Positions 9,947 through 23,000 are shown, counted from the first letter of the whole stretch. The stretch is DNA of 64,000 nt, filler included, from Circinaria calcarea (GCA_051942165.1; 16 parts of 16 records of this genome joined end to end with filler, not necessarily neighbours in it), one strand, 5' to 3'. Made by a program: numbers and translations. Notes: a model not told the origin generated them from the letters alone.

Positions 9947-10675
9947 GCCGAGCCGTTTCCGGACAGTACGCGTTTGCCAAAGTTTCGTACTGTCCGCTAC
10001 TTTTGCGCAGGGGTGGAACGGGCACTAAGCCAAGCTATTAAAAGCTTAAATATATAAGCCTGACCTCAGTGGGTGCGCCCGACCTCAGTGAATACAGAAA
10101 GGAGAAACATTATAGGGAGAGCACTACGTCGTTAATATAGTATGGACGGCTGAGCCGGAATATATATTAATAAATGCTATGGAATACTGTATAAAAGACA
10201 TGGTCTATGCCCTTGTGTGTGTGCTGTGTATAATGTCTGTATAAACAAAATATATATGTATTGCGTATAGAAGAATACTCGGGGGATAGCTAAGATATAA
10301 AGCGAAAAACGAGTCCAGTTGGTATAATCTCCCCGCTTCCTTCTTCAGCCGCTTCCTTCTTCAGCCCGCTTCCTTCTTCAGCCGCTTCAATCATGATATG
10401 CGGCTCTATTTGGCCATTACGGCAAAGCCGGTCTTTAGTATGATGCCCAGAGGTACAGCTCAGAGGTATAACCCAGAGGCAGAGCCTAGAAATATAGCCT
10501 AGAGACAGAGCCCGGTGGCAGCTTCCCCCTGAGCGCAGGGCACCTAGTATTTACTGGACCCCTACATACCCCATTAGCCTTTGGATCTAGTGATTAGTGC
10601 CCGCTCCACCCCTGCGCAAAAGTAGCGGAAGGTACGAAACTTTGGCAAACGCGCACTGTCCGGAAACGGCTCGGC
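9947..10675. mobile_element. Non-autonomous DNA transposon, 729 bp, with ~82-bp terminal inverted repeats
   Basis: 9947-10028 (GCCGAGCCGTTTCCGGACAGTACGCGTTTGCCAAAG...GGGCACTAA) is the reverse complement of 10594-10675 with about 4 mismatches; interior is non-coding. Confidence 0.85.
10333..10388 (+). repeat. Tandem repeat CCGCTTCCTTCTTCAG x3 plus partial, inside the long-TIR element
   Basis: Read directly; a degenerate 13-mer array (CCCAGAGGYAYAG-like) follows at ~10446-10512. Confidence 0.85.
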
Positions 10676-12080
10676 TACATACGGCCAAATTCCCAACACG
10701 TCACGAACTACAATGTTCTAAGCTGCTATATCGGAGGCCCGCTTGAACGGGTAATTTGGCGTGAAAAACGCCTTGATGTTATCGCGCCAGGCCCATACAC
10801 CAGACCAAGTTCGAGGTACAGAGCCGGGTGTGCTCCCAGTGCTCCCAGGACTTGGGCATTGGGAGCAACCGGGGAACAAGGGCACGTGAGGTGCTCCCGC
10901 AGTACTCCCGATGAGAAGTAATGGGAGCGTAGGTAGGGAGCGAACCTACTACAGGCAGGTTGTTCACAGCTCATTAGAAACAACATACCTACAGACACCT
11001 TTTCAATCGAAGAACCAATAGACCCGAAATTTTATATTCCAATGGTAAATTCGTGCGGCTAGGGAGTGAGTGATGTAGACCCTTCATACCAGTTCTAGGA
11101 TTACACCTGTGGGTTAAAAATGTGACAGATTTCCAAGGGTTGCCGGTATTTTAATGCGCTTTGCGATTACATAGCCAGCATTTTCTAATTTTGTAATCGA
11201 TTGATTTCCGTTTTGATTGGAAGTTGGCACATCGACGGACATTGTGATGGATTGGCTAAGTCATGGGTTAATCGACAGCGAAGCGCATTTGGCAGAGTCT
11301 CAGGCCCAGTTCCGATCAATAAAGCGGCTTGTGCCATGCCTCACCTGGTTGCAATGGAATTATCAGGCAGAGCACACATTTAGCATGGTGTTTAATTCTT
11401 TTTCAGCACATCGAGGCGTTGAAAACACGAGTCAAGCTGACCTCGGGAACCTTTCAATTTTGAAAACCAAGATTTTTCATGAGTTTAGCCCCAGAACGAT
11501 CTAATGTAACTCTTTCGGTACGAGACCCGATTCCTACAAGCGGAGTGAGGTTGAAGAGACCATTACCCAGGTACCCAGGCTCTGACTGACAATGCTGCTG
11601 GTTTCGGAGAAGGCCTGTGCCTATTAGCTGTGATGAGCGTTTTAGAGACGGGGTTCTGCTATCGAAAACCATGAGATATTTCTGAAGAGCTTGATGGCTG
11701 TGCATAACAAAGCGCAGTTAACGTAAGGTCAGAAGTCATTTGCGTTAGAAAGCGAAAATATACAAGGGTCCTTTATAAGCTATAATAGACCATGGAAGAG
11801 TTTGAGCGAAAGCATAGTATTCCAAGAAACTTGTTGAAGAGCTGCATGTTAAAAGATTTTATAAGCGGAACTTCCGTGAATTGGTAGAATATATTAAATT
11901 CCGCAGCCGAAATGAGTATTAGATTTGCAGAGGCATCGGGAACGGGGCCTTTCAAGGTATTTCTAACATCCCCTTCAGTGNNNNNNNNNNNNNNNNNNNN
12001 NNNNNNNNNNNNNNNNNNNNNNNNTTAATTAATTAANNNNNNNNNNNNNNNNNNNNNNNNNNNNNNNNNNNNNNNNNNNN

Positions 12081-12545
12081 GATTATATATATATTTTATT
12101 AATATTACGCAGATATAAATTTATAAACCTCTTTTTATATTTCTATATAAAACCCTTTATTTAATTCTTTTTAATAAAGCCGCTTAATATTTCCTCCGTA
12201 AGATTCCGTATAATTCTATTAATCGGAGGTATTCCTCGGTCGGTTAGGCGATTAATTTAGCCTATTAATACTTCTTTTTAATTATTAATAAATTATTGAA
12301 GGTATTCGGAGGCGGCGTCTTAGCGAGATATAATTTAACCTTTTTAATATTTTTTTAGAATGCTTTCGACCAGGCCGTATTTTCTGGCGGTGGCTTGTAT
12401 ATTCGGGTATAATTGGGCGTTTAGATCTGTAAGAGCTGAATTAATTGAGGCTATATTGGTGGAGTAATGATTTTTTGAAATGGTAGGTGGAATGCGGGGA
12501 AAATGCGGTATTCGGCCGGATGCGGCATAGCTTAGGGATCTCTGG
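12081..12545 (-). mobile_element. RIP-degenerated pogo/Fot1 (Tc1-mariner superfamily) transposon: TIR plus N-terminus of the transposase
   Basis: TA at 12546-47 then TIR CCAGAGATCCCTAAGCTATGCCGCATCCGG; minus frame IASINSALTDLNAQLYPNIQATARKYGLVESIL...KEVLIG*INRLTDRGIPP..IIRNLTEEI...KN*IKGFI*KYK resembles psq and CENP-B HTH domains with TAA/TAG stops; very AT-rich. Confidence 0.85.
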
Positions 12546-12905
12546 TACCGGACGTATGAACCTTACCTCCGTTTGTCGCTCCGTACTGCAAAAGGCTTCC
12601 TACTAGATTACACCTAAGATCAATGTCTCACGGAATCCCAGACCATGGGCAATGCGACTTTGATGTTCTTCGCCATCGCCGGAACCTTCTCTAGCTATCA
12701 AGATCCGCAGCATCCAGGGTATTGGCCCTCCTTGTGATAATTAAAAACCCCGATGGGCGGCTTGAGAGATTTCTATTCAGCCAGCCTCTGGAAAAGAATA
12801 CTCCTTCGATCTCCACTCGAAGCTATTTGCGATCAGTTGTTCGCGGTCTACACGAATAGGAGCTCGTTGCCAATTCACATAACCCATTCAGGAGGTTGAT
12901 GAAAC

Positions 12906-15900
12906 ATGGCGAGCTCAGAGCAGAAAACAACCGGGGAAAACTTACCAAATGAACAATCAAAGACGGGGGTTTGTGGACAGGAAGCAGACACAGGGGTGAA
13001 GCAAATTGCGAAGAAACCCCCTTTGCCTAGAAGGCTTTGGAACAAGATGGGGTTGAACCTTAGGATGCTGCGTCTGATGACAAAGTTAGTTTTTTCCCGA
13101 TAATGCAGATATAGCCCTACTCTAATAGTTAGATAGGGGAGCACTACCTCCTATAATAGCTACTGCAATGTCTGTAATATCAACTCTTCAATTCCCCCCC
13201 CTCCTAGGACTGAAACTATCTTGAAGATACCAGGCAACGCCGGTTGCTCAAGTGTATTCGACCCTAGGCTACCTCGTCGCTATCATGTCTATCTTATCTT
13301 TGGCTATAATGCCCCGCTCAAAACATTTTCAGACTCTGCTTTTGAATACAGTGAGTTTGCGATGCATAAAGGGGGACAGGATCGCTGACAGGATCAGGTC
13401 GGCGTATGCATAGGAGCTGGCATTGCTCTTCTAACAATCTACTGCAGTGTTCAAGCTAGAATACACACCTCTTCCAACTTAGTTCTTCAAGCTGGACCAA
13501 CGCCTGCTTCCGCTACTGCACCATATAATTCGAGCGCCAGCGCCGTCTCGGCCATTGGGCTTTTCTTTAGTATCTTAATCGCAAACGCGTCAGTGGATTT
13601 AAAACAGTCGCATAGATTGTCAATACTGAAAAACGAACTAGATTCAGAGCTTCGCGGCCACAGTTACAGCTACCAGTCATTATATACTCGATTTTTGCCA
13701 ATGGTGAGGGTTGTATTCTATAAGGAGGCACAGAATTCCCACTAAGCTTCTTCAGTGGCCAGCACATATTCTCCCCTGTTTCCTACCATGGCTGCCGGCA
13801 TTTCATTCGTCAAGAAACTGCTGGAGGCCTGCCTTACTGGATTCGCTATTGCTTTTGGGGTAAACCTCTTTGTGTTCCCTATCAGCTCCAGAGATGTGGT
13901 TTTCAAGGACGCAAGCGCCTATATCAAGGCCCTTCAGACTACCCTCAAGGCTTTGACTGGATACCTCCAGACCCTTGAAGACAAGGATATGTTTTCCCCG
14001 AACATGGATCCGGAAAGTGAAGAGCCTTCTAAAGTCATACAGGGAACGCAGAAATTAAAGGCTGCTTTAGGAGGATTGAGTGCCATTCATGGCAAGATGC
14101 ATGGTGATCTTTCTTTCGCAAAGAAAGAAGTAAGGTCATCATTCGGTATAAGGAAATCACATCTAATCGTTCTTAGATAGCTTTTGGGAAACTCGACGCC
14201 AAGGATATCAGCACGTTATTCAAGCTTTTACGCGCGGCAATGCTGCCACAGCTTGGGATTGGCTCCGTGGGAGAAATATTTGATCGATTAGCGGAAAGGC
14301 GAGGGTGGAAGGAAGTGAGTTTTAACTCTGAAGGAGGGTCTGTTGGCGATTGCGATCCAGAAAAGAAAGATAAAGAAGTGCGGGAATGGAATGAAATCTT
14401 GAAATCAATCCACGATCCTTTCGAGCCCTAAGTGATACGCTATATGATGGCCTCCAGCATGTTCTGTTTACGCTTGAGCTTGAGAAGCAGCCCAAGCAGA
14501 GCTCTCCAGCACCTGAGAGCACGGACCCTGCAGCTGCAATTGACCTTGAGGCCAGAGGTGAGCTCGTTAGGCCTGGCGAAAATGGGTTTGCCACAAGTTT
14601 TGCATCTAATCTCGAGCGCTATCGCTCTTCACGAGAGGTAGCATTACGAACATGGTGTAAACAATGGGGAATCATCCTCCCTGAAGATGCGTTCAATGGT
14701 TCTGCTAAGCTATCAGCGCCAACCAAACTGGATAGAGGCGATCCCTTCCAGCATGAACGTGCCCAGCAACAGCTATACCTATTACTGTTTTTGCATTATC
14801 TACTTTATTCTACTGGTCAGGCTATTCTGGACGTCATACAGTTTGCGGATTCAAAAGTTGAGGCAGGTGTCATGAAGAGAAAGCGGCTCATTCTTCCTGG
14901 AAAGCGACGGGTTAGGAAGTGGGTTACAAGGGTTTTCAAGCACGAGGATACCGCCGTGGACCATACGCCAGATAGTAGTGAAGTTGTAACAGTGAACATA
15001 TTCGCGGGGGACTCCTTCCAAGCAAAGCAAAAGGACGCAGAGCATCTGCCGCCAACCAATGCCTGGCAAAGGTTTGGGAATGGCATCAGGAATATATCCC
15101 ACCTCCTTAGTAGTCCCGAAGTGGCTTTTGGGTTCCGAGTTGCTTGTGCTACGATGAGTATCGCGATTATATCCTTCTTAAGGCAGAGTCAGGCGTTTTT
15201 TATTCAGCAGCGTACGTATTCTAAATTCTACGAACGTGGTGCTCCCGGCTAATGAGATAATCAGGGTTGGTGTGGGCAATGATCATGGTCTGTCTTTTCA
15301 ATCTACTCTAATGATTGCTACTTGACTAATCCCATGGTGCGAAGGTTGCAATTGGTATGACACCCACTGCTGGCTCCGGGGTCTTTGGCTTCCTACTCAG
15401 AATCTCGGGTACTTTTGTCGCAATGTGTATGAGCTTTGTGGTTTGGTATGTCGCTGGTGGTCGTGGATCAACAGCGGGAGTGGTAAACCACCCGAAACCC
15501 ATTTTTAACAGCTGTTGTGCTGATTCCAACAGCTGGTCTTGCTTTTCGCAACCCTCTTTGTGGAGCTTTCCTTTTTATTGAAGTACCCAAGGCTGACCCC
15601 TGGGGTGCTAATCACCATGGTAATCGTCTTCTGGATGTTTTACCACGAATTTGTCTGATCCCTTTCATGGCAGGTAACTCAAGTCTTAATCCTCGGCTAT
15701 GAATTAGAGGTCAGAAAGATAGGCATCGTCGCAGCGTCCTCATCCGGCCAGCCATACTATCCTATTTATAAGTTGGCTCCGTATCGTCTGGCAACGGTTG
15801 CCGGTGGATGTTTTGTTGGCTTTCTTTGGTTGTACTTCCCGTACCCAATCACTGCGCGAAGCCAGCTTCGGAAAGACCTTGGTGCATCTTTGTTCTTGCT

Positions 15901-16003
15901 CGCCCAATATCACATCTGTGTTAAAACTACTGGTACCCTTTAGATTTCATTCCCGAATGATTACTTGGCTCATAGATTGTTTAGTACGCATAAGACTAAA
16001 GGG
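12906..16003 (+). CDS. Multi-exon membrane protein of the ArAE/FUSC (putative ER transporter 6TM, Bre4-like) family; 3' truncated; apparent frameshift near 14425
   Basis: LMTK|GALPP..ATAM|YQA..VAQVYSTLGYLVAIMSILSLAIMPRSK; FGVNLFVFPISSR; DAEHLPPTNAWQRFG; FGFRVACATMSIAI; FFIQQR|LVWAMIM; APYRLATVAGG..VAFFW..FPYPIT. Confidence 0.8.
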
Positions 16004-16104
16004 NNNNNNNNNNNNNNNNNNNNNNNNNNNNNNNNNNNNNNNNNNNNTTAATTAATTAANNNNNNNNNNNNNNNNNNNNNNNNNNNNNNNNNNNNNNNNN
16101 NNNT

Positions 16105-16308
16105 CCAACTTCTCCTACCTCACCTGCAAGCTATAGCCCGACGTCGCCAATGTATAGCCCGACAAGCCCAGTCGGTAGCTACTCTCCGACATCGCCAAAT
16201 TTCAGCGGATCACCAACGTCCCCCGGGTCTGCCCCCTACTCCGCGTCTTCTCCAAAGTGGTCTCCCACTTCACCTGCCTACTCTCCTACGTCTCCGCGGG
16301 GTAGCTGA
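16105..16308 (+). CDS. RPB1: RNA polymerase II largest subunit, distal CTD (3' end of gene only)
   Basis: [73 protein letters not shown] heptads, not present in the ORF track. Confidence 0.92.
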   Translation, partial: PTSPTSPASYSPTSPMYSPTSPVGSYSPTSPNFSGSPTSPGSAPYSASSPKWSPTSPAYSPTSPRGS

Positions 16309-16907
16309 GCCAGACCCATGAGAGACACGCCGTTTTCATATCCATTCAAGGTGCTTAACTTGCTCATCGGGCTCCGCCCATACGGATCAATAATCATATT
16401 CCTAAGTGATTGCAGTCGACCAGTGGTCATGTGACTTTACCGGCTGATGCCACAGGCTTCCCGCACCGTTATGTATATCCAAAGGCGTTAGGGATTGGTT
16501 AAACAGAGTTCTAGAATGTATTCGCATCTGGTGCTATATCCCGACCCATCTTTGAGGCTTCAAAACTGCGAAAGCTGCTTTCGCCTCCAGACTGGACTTT
16601 AGATACCTGTACAACAAGGACAGGCGTGGCGTTTGGGGTACTGAAAAAACAATAATGTGGCGGCTTTGATCGGGACAATGTGCATCATGTACATATTGAC
16701 CATGCATTTAGTAATAGTGAGGCATGATATCTTTCACATGTGCTTACTCGTTATGTGATCATAGCAACTTGAGACTGATTCATGTTGAACTGAAGTGCGA
16801 GTACGTGTATCGTGTTAAGCTCTGTTAGATTCGTAAATAGCCTTCGAGTAGTTTTTCAGTCCTAAGAAGCGATCCTGTCTCCCGTAAACGATCGCGCTTC
16901 TCCGACG

Positions 16908-18142
16908 ATGGCCAACTCCAAGTATGAGCATGTCAAGGTCTACGAGAAACAAGACATCCTGCTCCCGTCTACATACATTGTCATCCGAATTGACGGTCGA
17001 GGCTTTCACAAGTACCGGTCCCTTGGCTCTTTCGGCCGCATCGGGTCGCTCATCGGTGCTACAGACTCTCTCAAAAATATGAATTCATCAAGCCCAACGA
17101 CCGTTACGCCCTCGACCTCATGAACGCCGCTGCGCGCGCCGTCATGGAAGACTTGCCCGATGTCAGCATGGCCTACGGCCTCAGCGATGAGTTCAGGTAG
17201 GTTACGGGAATGTAGAGAGCCCCCGCTACCATATTTCGATGCTGAATCCGAGAGCTTTGTCTTCGGTCCGTCTTGTGACTTGTTCGAGAGGAGAGAAAGG
17301 TAGGTGGGTGGGTCGAGCCCCCGTTCTGGCTCGTTAGTTGCCATTCGAGGGATATAATCTCTTACAAGGCTCGTCCAGTAAGATCCTCTCCACCGTGGTC
17401 TCGACTTTCACGGCCTACTACGTCTATCTGTGGTCGACATACCTTCCCAATGCGGTCCTGTCACCCCCTTTACCATCGTTTGACGCCAGGGCTGTGATAT
17501 ACCCTAGTGCTCGTTTGTTGAGGGACTATTTGAGTTGGAGACAAGTTGACTGTAAGGAAACCATGATGATGATGATGGGCACGGTAAGCCGCGGGGCTAC
17601 TGATAGTGTATCTAGGCCATATCAACAACCTCTATAACACCACATTCTGGGCCATGGTTCAGCAAGGGGGCATGAGTAACACTGAGGCGGAGGCTGAGTT
17701 GAAGGTGGCATATTTACTCTGATCGGCAGTGAAATATGTACTGATGTAAATTCGAAATCTAGGGGACTTTGGCTGCAGACAAGAATGAGATTCTCTTCTC
17801 AAGGTTCGGGGTCAACTACAACAGCGAACCGGAAGTTTTCAAGAAAGGCACGATTGTTTACCGTAGGGTAAGCGATGTACGGACTCCAAATAAAGTCTAT
17901 GTTCTCAGTGGTAGTAGTACGATGATGTCAAAAAGCCACGGGTGAAGCAGAGCTCCGTGATGGCTGGAGAAGATGACGGGGAGGGCAACAGCTATGACGC
18001 TATCGGTTCCAGAGCCCAAGAGGAGAAGGAGAATGAGAGGAAGTTGCGGACGAGAGCGAAGATCGCAACGGAGCACGTAGACTTGATCAATGATGACTTT
18101 TGGCTGACGAGGCCTTGGCTTTTGAACGATAAGCCTCGATAG
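16908..18142 (+). CDS. THG1: tRNA(His) guanylyltransferase, multi-exon
   Basis: [93 protein letters not shown]. Confidence 0.95.
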
Positions 18143-18426
18143 TATTTTATAGACGAGAACGCAGTAACTATAACTGCTGGTCGATTGGTGCTGCTCAGAC
18201 GATTCCAACGCGGCCCAAGCCCTTTTCACCTGACCCTGGTCTTCTTGCACACGTTGTCTGCTGTCTGTTGCAACCTGCTCACTGGAATTTGTACTCTTCC
18301 CGTTCCCTGACTTGGCCGCTTCGTATGCCCTCTCGGTAAACGATGGAGATTCTTTCTTGTCCTGCTGGTCAAGAGCTCTCTGGAAAACCTGGCATGGCCG
18401 CATGCTTCGTGCCAGTAATGCTTTCT

Positions 18427-19158
18427 TCAGCTGCTCTTTACCTGACGATGTCGCTCGACCACCGTCGCCGCTGTTTGTGCCATCAACAGCTTTGTCAGCC
18501 TGCGTTCTTCTCGAGTAACACGACGTTCTCTCCGGACCTGCCGACGATGCTCTTTTGTCAACGGGCTATCTGGATTGTTCGTAATCACATCACCCGCCTG
18601 AGTTGGTCGGTAGGCAGTAGCTTTAGTCTTAGATATTTTCCTCTCGCGCCTCTCTTCCTTTGATATTCTGTCCCTCACATTCTCTTTCCTCCTTCGTTTC
18701 TTCGTCCGACTCCCATTTGCCATAGCCTTGTCCATCTTATTTGCATCGTTCTTTTCCTCTTGCTTCATTCCGTCTTCCAACCGTGCCACCTCCGGCGTCA
18801 GTGTCCCCCCTAAAGTTGCCCCTTTGACAAAACCGGCATACAATCCATCTTTCCCTGCCCACTTAGCTTCGCTAGCTTTGACCATGTCCAACGCCCCAAA
18901 CCCTCCGGCCATGACGTTTCCAGTATCCTCTGTAACCTCATTCATGCCAACCTCGAGCGACCGCAAGCTACTGTCAAAGGCTCTCGCCCACCACTGGTCG
19001 GCGTGAGCGTCATGCATCTTCTTCCCGATGCCCAAGACGTTGGCTTTCTGCGAGACAAGGAGCGGCTTTGTGATGCCCCGTCCAGTGGGGTGGAGGGAAT
19101 GCCCGGCGCCAAGCCAGCCCTGCTTGCTGAGATAGGCGGATGTATCCATGAAGGGCAC
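18427..19158 (-). CDS. Tma23-like G-patch, Lys/Arg-rich nucleolar/ribosome-biogenesis protein (start may be 19149)
   Basis: MDTSAYLSKQGWLGAGHSL..G.GITKPLLVSQK...GIGKK....DQWWARAFDSSL and LYAGFVKGATLGGT followed by a basic tail. Confidence 0.75.
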   Translation of the reverse strand: MPFMDTSAYLSKQGWLGAGHSLHPTGRGITKPLLVSQKANVLGIGKKMHDAHADQWWARAFDSSLRSLEVGMNEVTEDTGNVMAGGFGALDMVKASEAKWAGKDGLYAGFVKGATLGGTLTPEVARLEDGMKQEEKNDANKMDKAMANGSRTKKRRRKENVRDRISKEERRERKISKTKATAYRPTQAGDVITNNPDSPLTKEHRRQVRRERRVTREERRLTKLLMAQTAATVVERHRQVKSS

Positions 19159-19581
19159 TATGGAGCAATAAGCTACCCGGCGGGATTGGCCAAGAATCGG
19201 AACTCAACCAGACCTTACGTGCTCTCGTTACGCCTCATAAAACACAATACCTAGCTTGACCGTCTATGTTCAAAGTTGCTGGACTAGATGTTCCATAAGG
19301 TCAGTGGGGGATCGTTACGATCTCAAAGTAGGTTATGTCATCTAATATAATTGGCGGATCCTATCACACTCCGATCCGGCTCGCTATTAATCTCACCTTC
19401 ACACTCCTTGGTAGGCTCGGAAAGCGCATGTGGAAAATCAGGATATCATACTACCAGGAACTAATGGTGGCGAGACACCTTCAAAGGGCCTATTCCGATA
19501 TATGCAATCATCGAGGATGGGAATGCAACAAGTTTACACGTAGAGCTACACAATGGGTACCATAGGTATCGAGGAGTAATT

Positions 19582-20025
19582 CTATTCGTCTTCACCTGTC
19601 TCAGTCTCTTCCGTCTTCTCACTTGACTCCGACGCAGCTTTGTCACCCTTTTTCGACTTCCTCATGATAGTCGACCATGAGATACTGCCCCGATTTCCCT
19701 TCTCATGTTGTGGCGTATTCAATGTGCCGTCCACACTCTTACCAGGCTGATGATCGCTTGAGGCGTCTTCTTCGACTTCACCACCTGTGGCCTGGTCGCC
19801 GTTTCTCTTGGAGAAGAGGCTAGCTCTGTCCTTGGACCAAGGGACGTTGAACTTGCTCGAGCTCCCTTTACGAGTAATTCGTTGCATCAACGTCTCCTTG
19901 GGTGCAGAAGAGCCCATGCTGTCCGAGGCTGTACCAGATGTGGATTGTTCCAGGGAGTCGTGTGATTCTGCCATGGACGTGGCTGTAACAATAGAGCGGG
20001 CATCCCGTGACAGACGAGAATTGGA
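19582..20025 (-). CDS. C-terminal Ser-rich fragment of a hypothetical fungal protein (5' part missing)
   Basis: Open frame from contig edge: SRRSRDARSIVTATSMAESHDSLE...KETLMQRITRKGSSSKFNVPWSK...; identity not established. Confidence 0.6.
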   Translation of the reverse strand, partial: SNSRLSRDARSIVTATSMAESHDSLEQSTSGTASDSMGSSAPKETLMQRITRKGSSSKFNVPWSKDRASLFSKRNGDQATGGEVEEDASSDHQPGKSVDGTLNTPQHEKGNRGSISWSTIMRKSKKGDKAASESSEKTEETETGEDE

Positions 20026-23000
20026 NNNNNNNNNNNNNNNNNNNNNNNNNNNNNNNNNNNNNNNNNNNNTTAATTAATTAANNNNNNNNNNNNNNNNNNN
20101 NNNNNNNNNNNNNNNNNNNNNNNNNCACTTACCCCGGGGTGGGGTGGGGTATTGAGAACACTGATCTCAATATCTTCGTCGACGGTGCCCTAATTTCTAA
20201 ATTACCATTAAAATCGGCATGGGCAACCACCGGGATGGTTTTCTCAACATTAGATTCACACTTCTATTCGACTTTCAGGACTGACCTATTTATCCGAAAT
20301 CCTTTCCCATTATTGATCGGCATCTTAGACGATGCAGCCATCGTGGAAACTAAGGTCGAAAACTCTACTACTGAAGAGATGGTTCTGTATAGTTTGTACC
20401 AGGCGCCGCAAAATTCCCAAACAGATTTTAAACGCGGCAGTACCAGAAGCTGCCTCCAGCGTGGTTGGGAGAAATATGGAGGGTCACAAAGTGGGTCATA
20501 TGAGTCTGTCTGATCTATTCAAACTCGACAGTGGGCTATCACCAACGCCTTTCGGAGTCTGAAATATCGGAACCGGGGCTACCGCTAAGGACGTACCGAA
20601 GCTACCACTCACTCGAGGAAGTGTGCTGCAACAGACATATTCTACTATTATGATATATTGGTTGTGCAAGAAGGCGTGAAAAGGAGTTGGCTGACCCACA
20701 ATTTGCCTTTATAAGTACGAGTTCTGATGCTCTATCATGCAACTTGGAGTTTTTTATAATATGTAATCAACATTGCACCCCCCTTCCTCTGTTTGTGTTG
20801 CCGATAGTGGCTGACCGGTCTCTCTCTGACCGCGGTCGAAAGCCCATTTCCGAGATCATCAAGATGATAAGTACACCAGCTAAAAGAGGCAATTAAAGAT
20901 CTTAAACGTGTGAAGCTAACCATTACCTCACCCGAAAGAAGTACATGGCCAGTTCTGACGCGGGCAGTTGCAACCGAAACACATTATGCCATCGAGTCTG
21001 TCGAGAGGGCTTTTCCGGAGCTTCTGGATCCAGTTTCTTGAGTACGGTTTAGACCGTTCGGTCCTATGTTCTTTCTTCACCGTCAATTGATCAATTAAGC
21101 AATTGCGGGGAGAAGTCATGGTGTGGGGAGAGGAATCGAATGAGAAAACTAGAATCAACGGGTTTGGGGTCGTAGGAAAGAGCAAGGGTTCGCAATGGCT
21201 GTCTAAAATTCTTTTTGACTACACCACCGATCCCCAGTCCATCACTACTGAAAGACTGCAGAAGCCTAAAAACCGACCAGGCGGTACTGGACGAAGAAGG
21301 TATCGATACTAGCGGATGGAATGAAAGAGATGTCGAACGTTGGGCTACGGATTTCGCGAATCAATGGTTTACGGTGCTAGGTTTCCACGGCAGTGAGATG
21401 GTGTTCAATGAAGAACCCAGCCTACCCATTAATCAATGAGGGCATCGCTCCTTTTGAAAAGCCGGGGGGGCACATGTCACGGGGTCCCCCTGCGACTTAC
21501 ACGGAAGGTCCGAGGCCCGGGTTGTTGGGGGGACATGTATATAAAAGGTAGTACTTTTAGCATAGAGAGGAACAAGTAACCTTGGCCACATAAGTGTTGA
21601 ACATGCAATATGTGTGGTGGCATTTATGCTGATGTACGTGTGTGTAACTTCAAAACTACTTATGCTACGAAAAGTGCTTTTTTGAAGTGTGTAGAAAGTG
21701 TTGAGCATGGACCGTGTATTACCCAAGGCTAACACATGACTCGGTAAGCCCTATGACGTCCAACAATAACACGTCGGGAACACTCCGTGAACGGCGAGAA
21801 TCCCCAGCAGCGCTGAAAACGAGGACCAGGAGAAGTACCAAGACGTGGAGCAACGGGCGGACGAAAAATAAAAATAAAAATTAAGAAACCCCAGTTTGCT
21901 TGGAACACGGGATGTGTTTCTCTTAGACTATTACCTTGGTTGACCGGCAGTTCCTGAAAGGGACTTGAAAGTTTATACAAATTTACCACTTCATAAGTAT
22001 ACAACTTACTTTCCCTCTACAGAAATAAAAATTCCGAAACAAAAGAACCAGCATACCCAAGTCGACGCACTATCCAGTGATAAAATACCAATGGTCACAT
22101 TGTGCCTAAGCATTTGGAAGGGAATTTGAATGGGTTGAAGCTATCGAATTACTATGGGGTGATGGTAGTATTTATGAGAGTCATGACCCTGCAGCTTGCC
22201 CACTTTAAAGCGGAGCAGCAAACTGGGTAAGTAAAGGGTTCAATGATCCTCCGGGAGCATTCTGCATGGAATGCGCGGGTGTGCAGAACTTCTGCACGCA
22301 TATCCACACCTTCCATCATATTCCAACATCCAGTAGAAATTTCAAAAAGGCGGCAAGAACTCTAAAAGAAAACTCTTCCCAAAAAAACCCCCAATGAGGA
22401 CTATTTGCCGAAACTGTAAACATTGCACCATAATTAATAAGGCAAGCGCTCTTTCATAGAATTTACATCCTCCAAATCTACACTCACGAACATCGTGACG
22501 TACACGTGTGTTCTGGGGGACAGCAGAGCATGAGCATGATGGCCTGGCGATGGGCAGTTTGCCGGTCCGGTGCCCCTTTTTGAATAAGTTTTGCGGTGGA
22601 AACCATGGTACGGACGGTACGGTAAGATTCCGAGAATCTGCCTTTGAAATAGTAAGCAGTGGGGCGGAAAGACGGTGGTTCGGTGGGTAAGAGCATTGAT
22701 GGACAGAAAGAGGGAGATGGGGGTGTCAGTTTGGAAGAATTTCACAAATACTGTTGGAAGTCGCCCTATGGATTGTATTAGGCCTAGCGTTAGTGTCATT
22801 CATGTATAAGTAGCGAGTCTCCCACAAAGCAATTCCACAGCCGTTTCACACATTCAAACAAATACTACTGGTTAAGCTCTATTTATCTTTCGATCACACT
22901 AACACAGCGAACAAATAACCGAGAAGAGCACCAATCCAGGACTACTGACATCACAAGGAATCGATCTATCTCGCACAACACACTCCAGTTGAGTGGTTTC

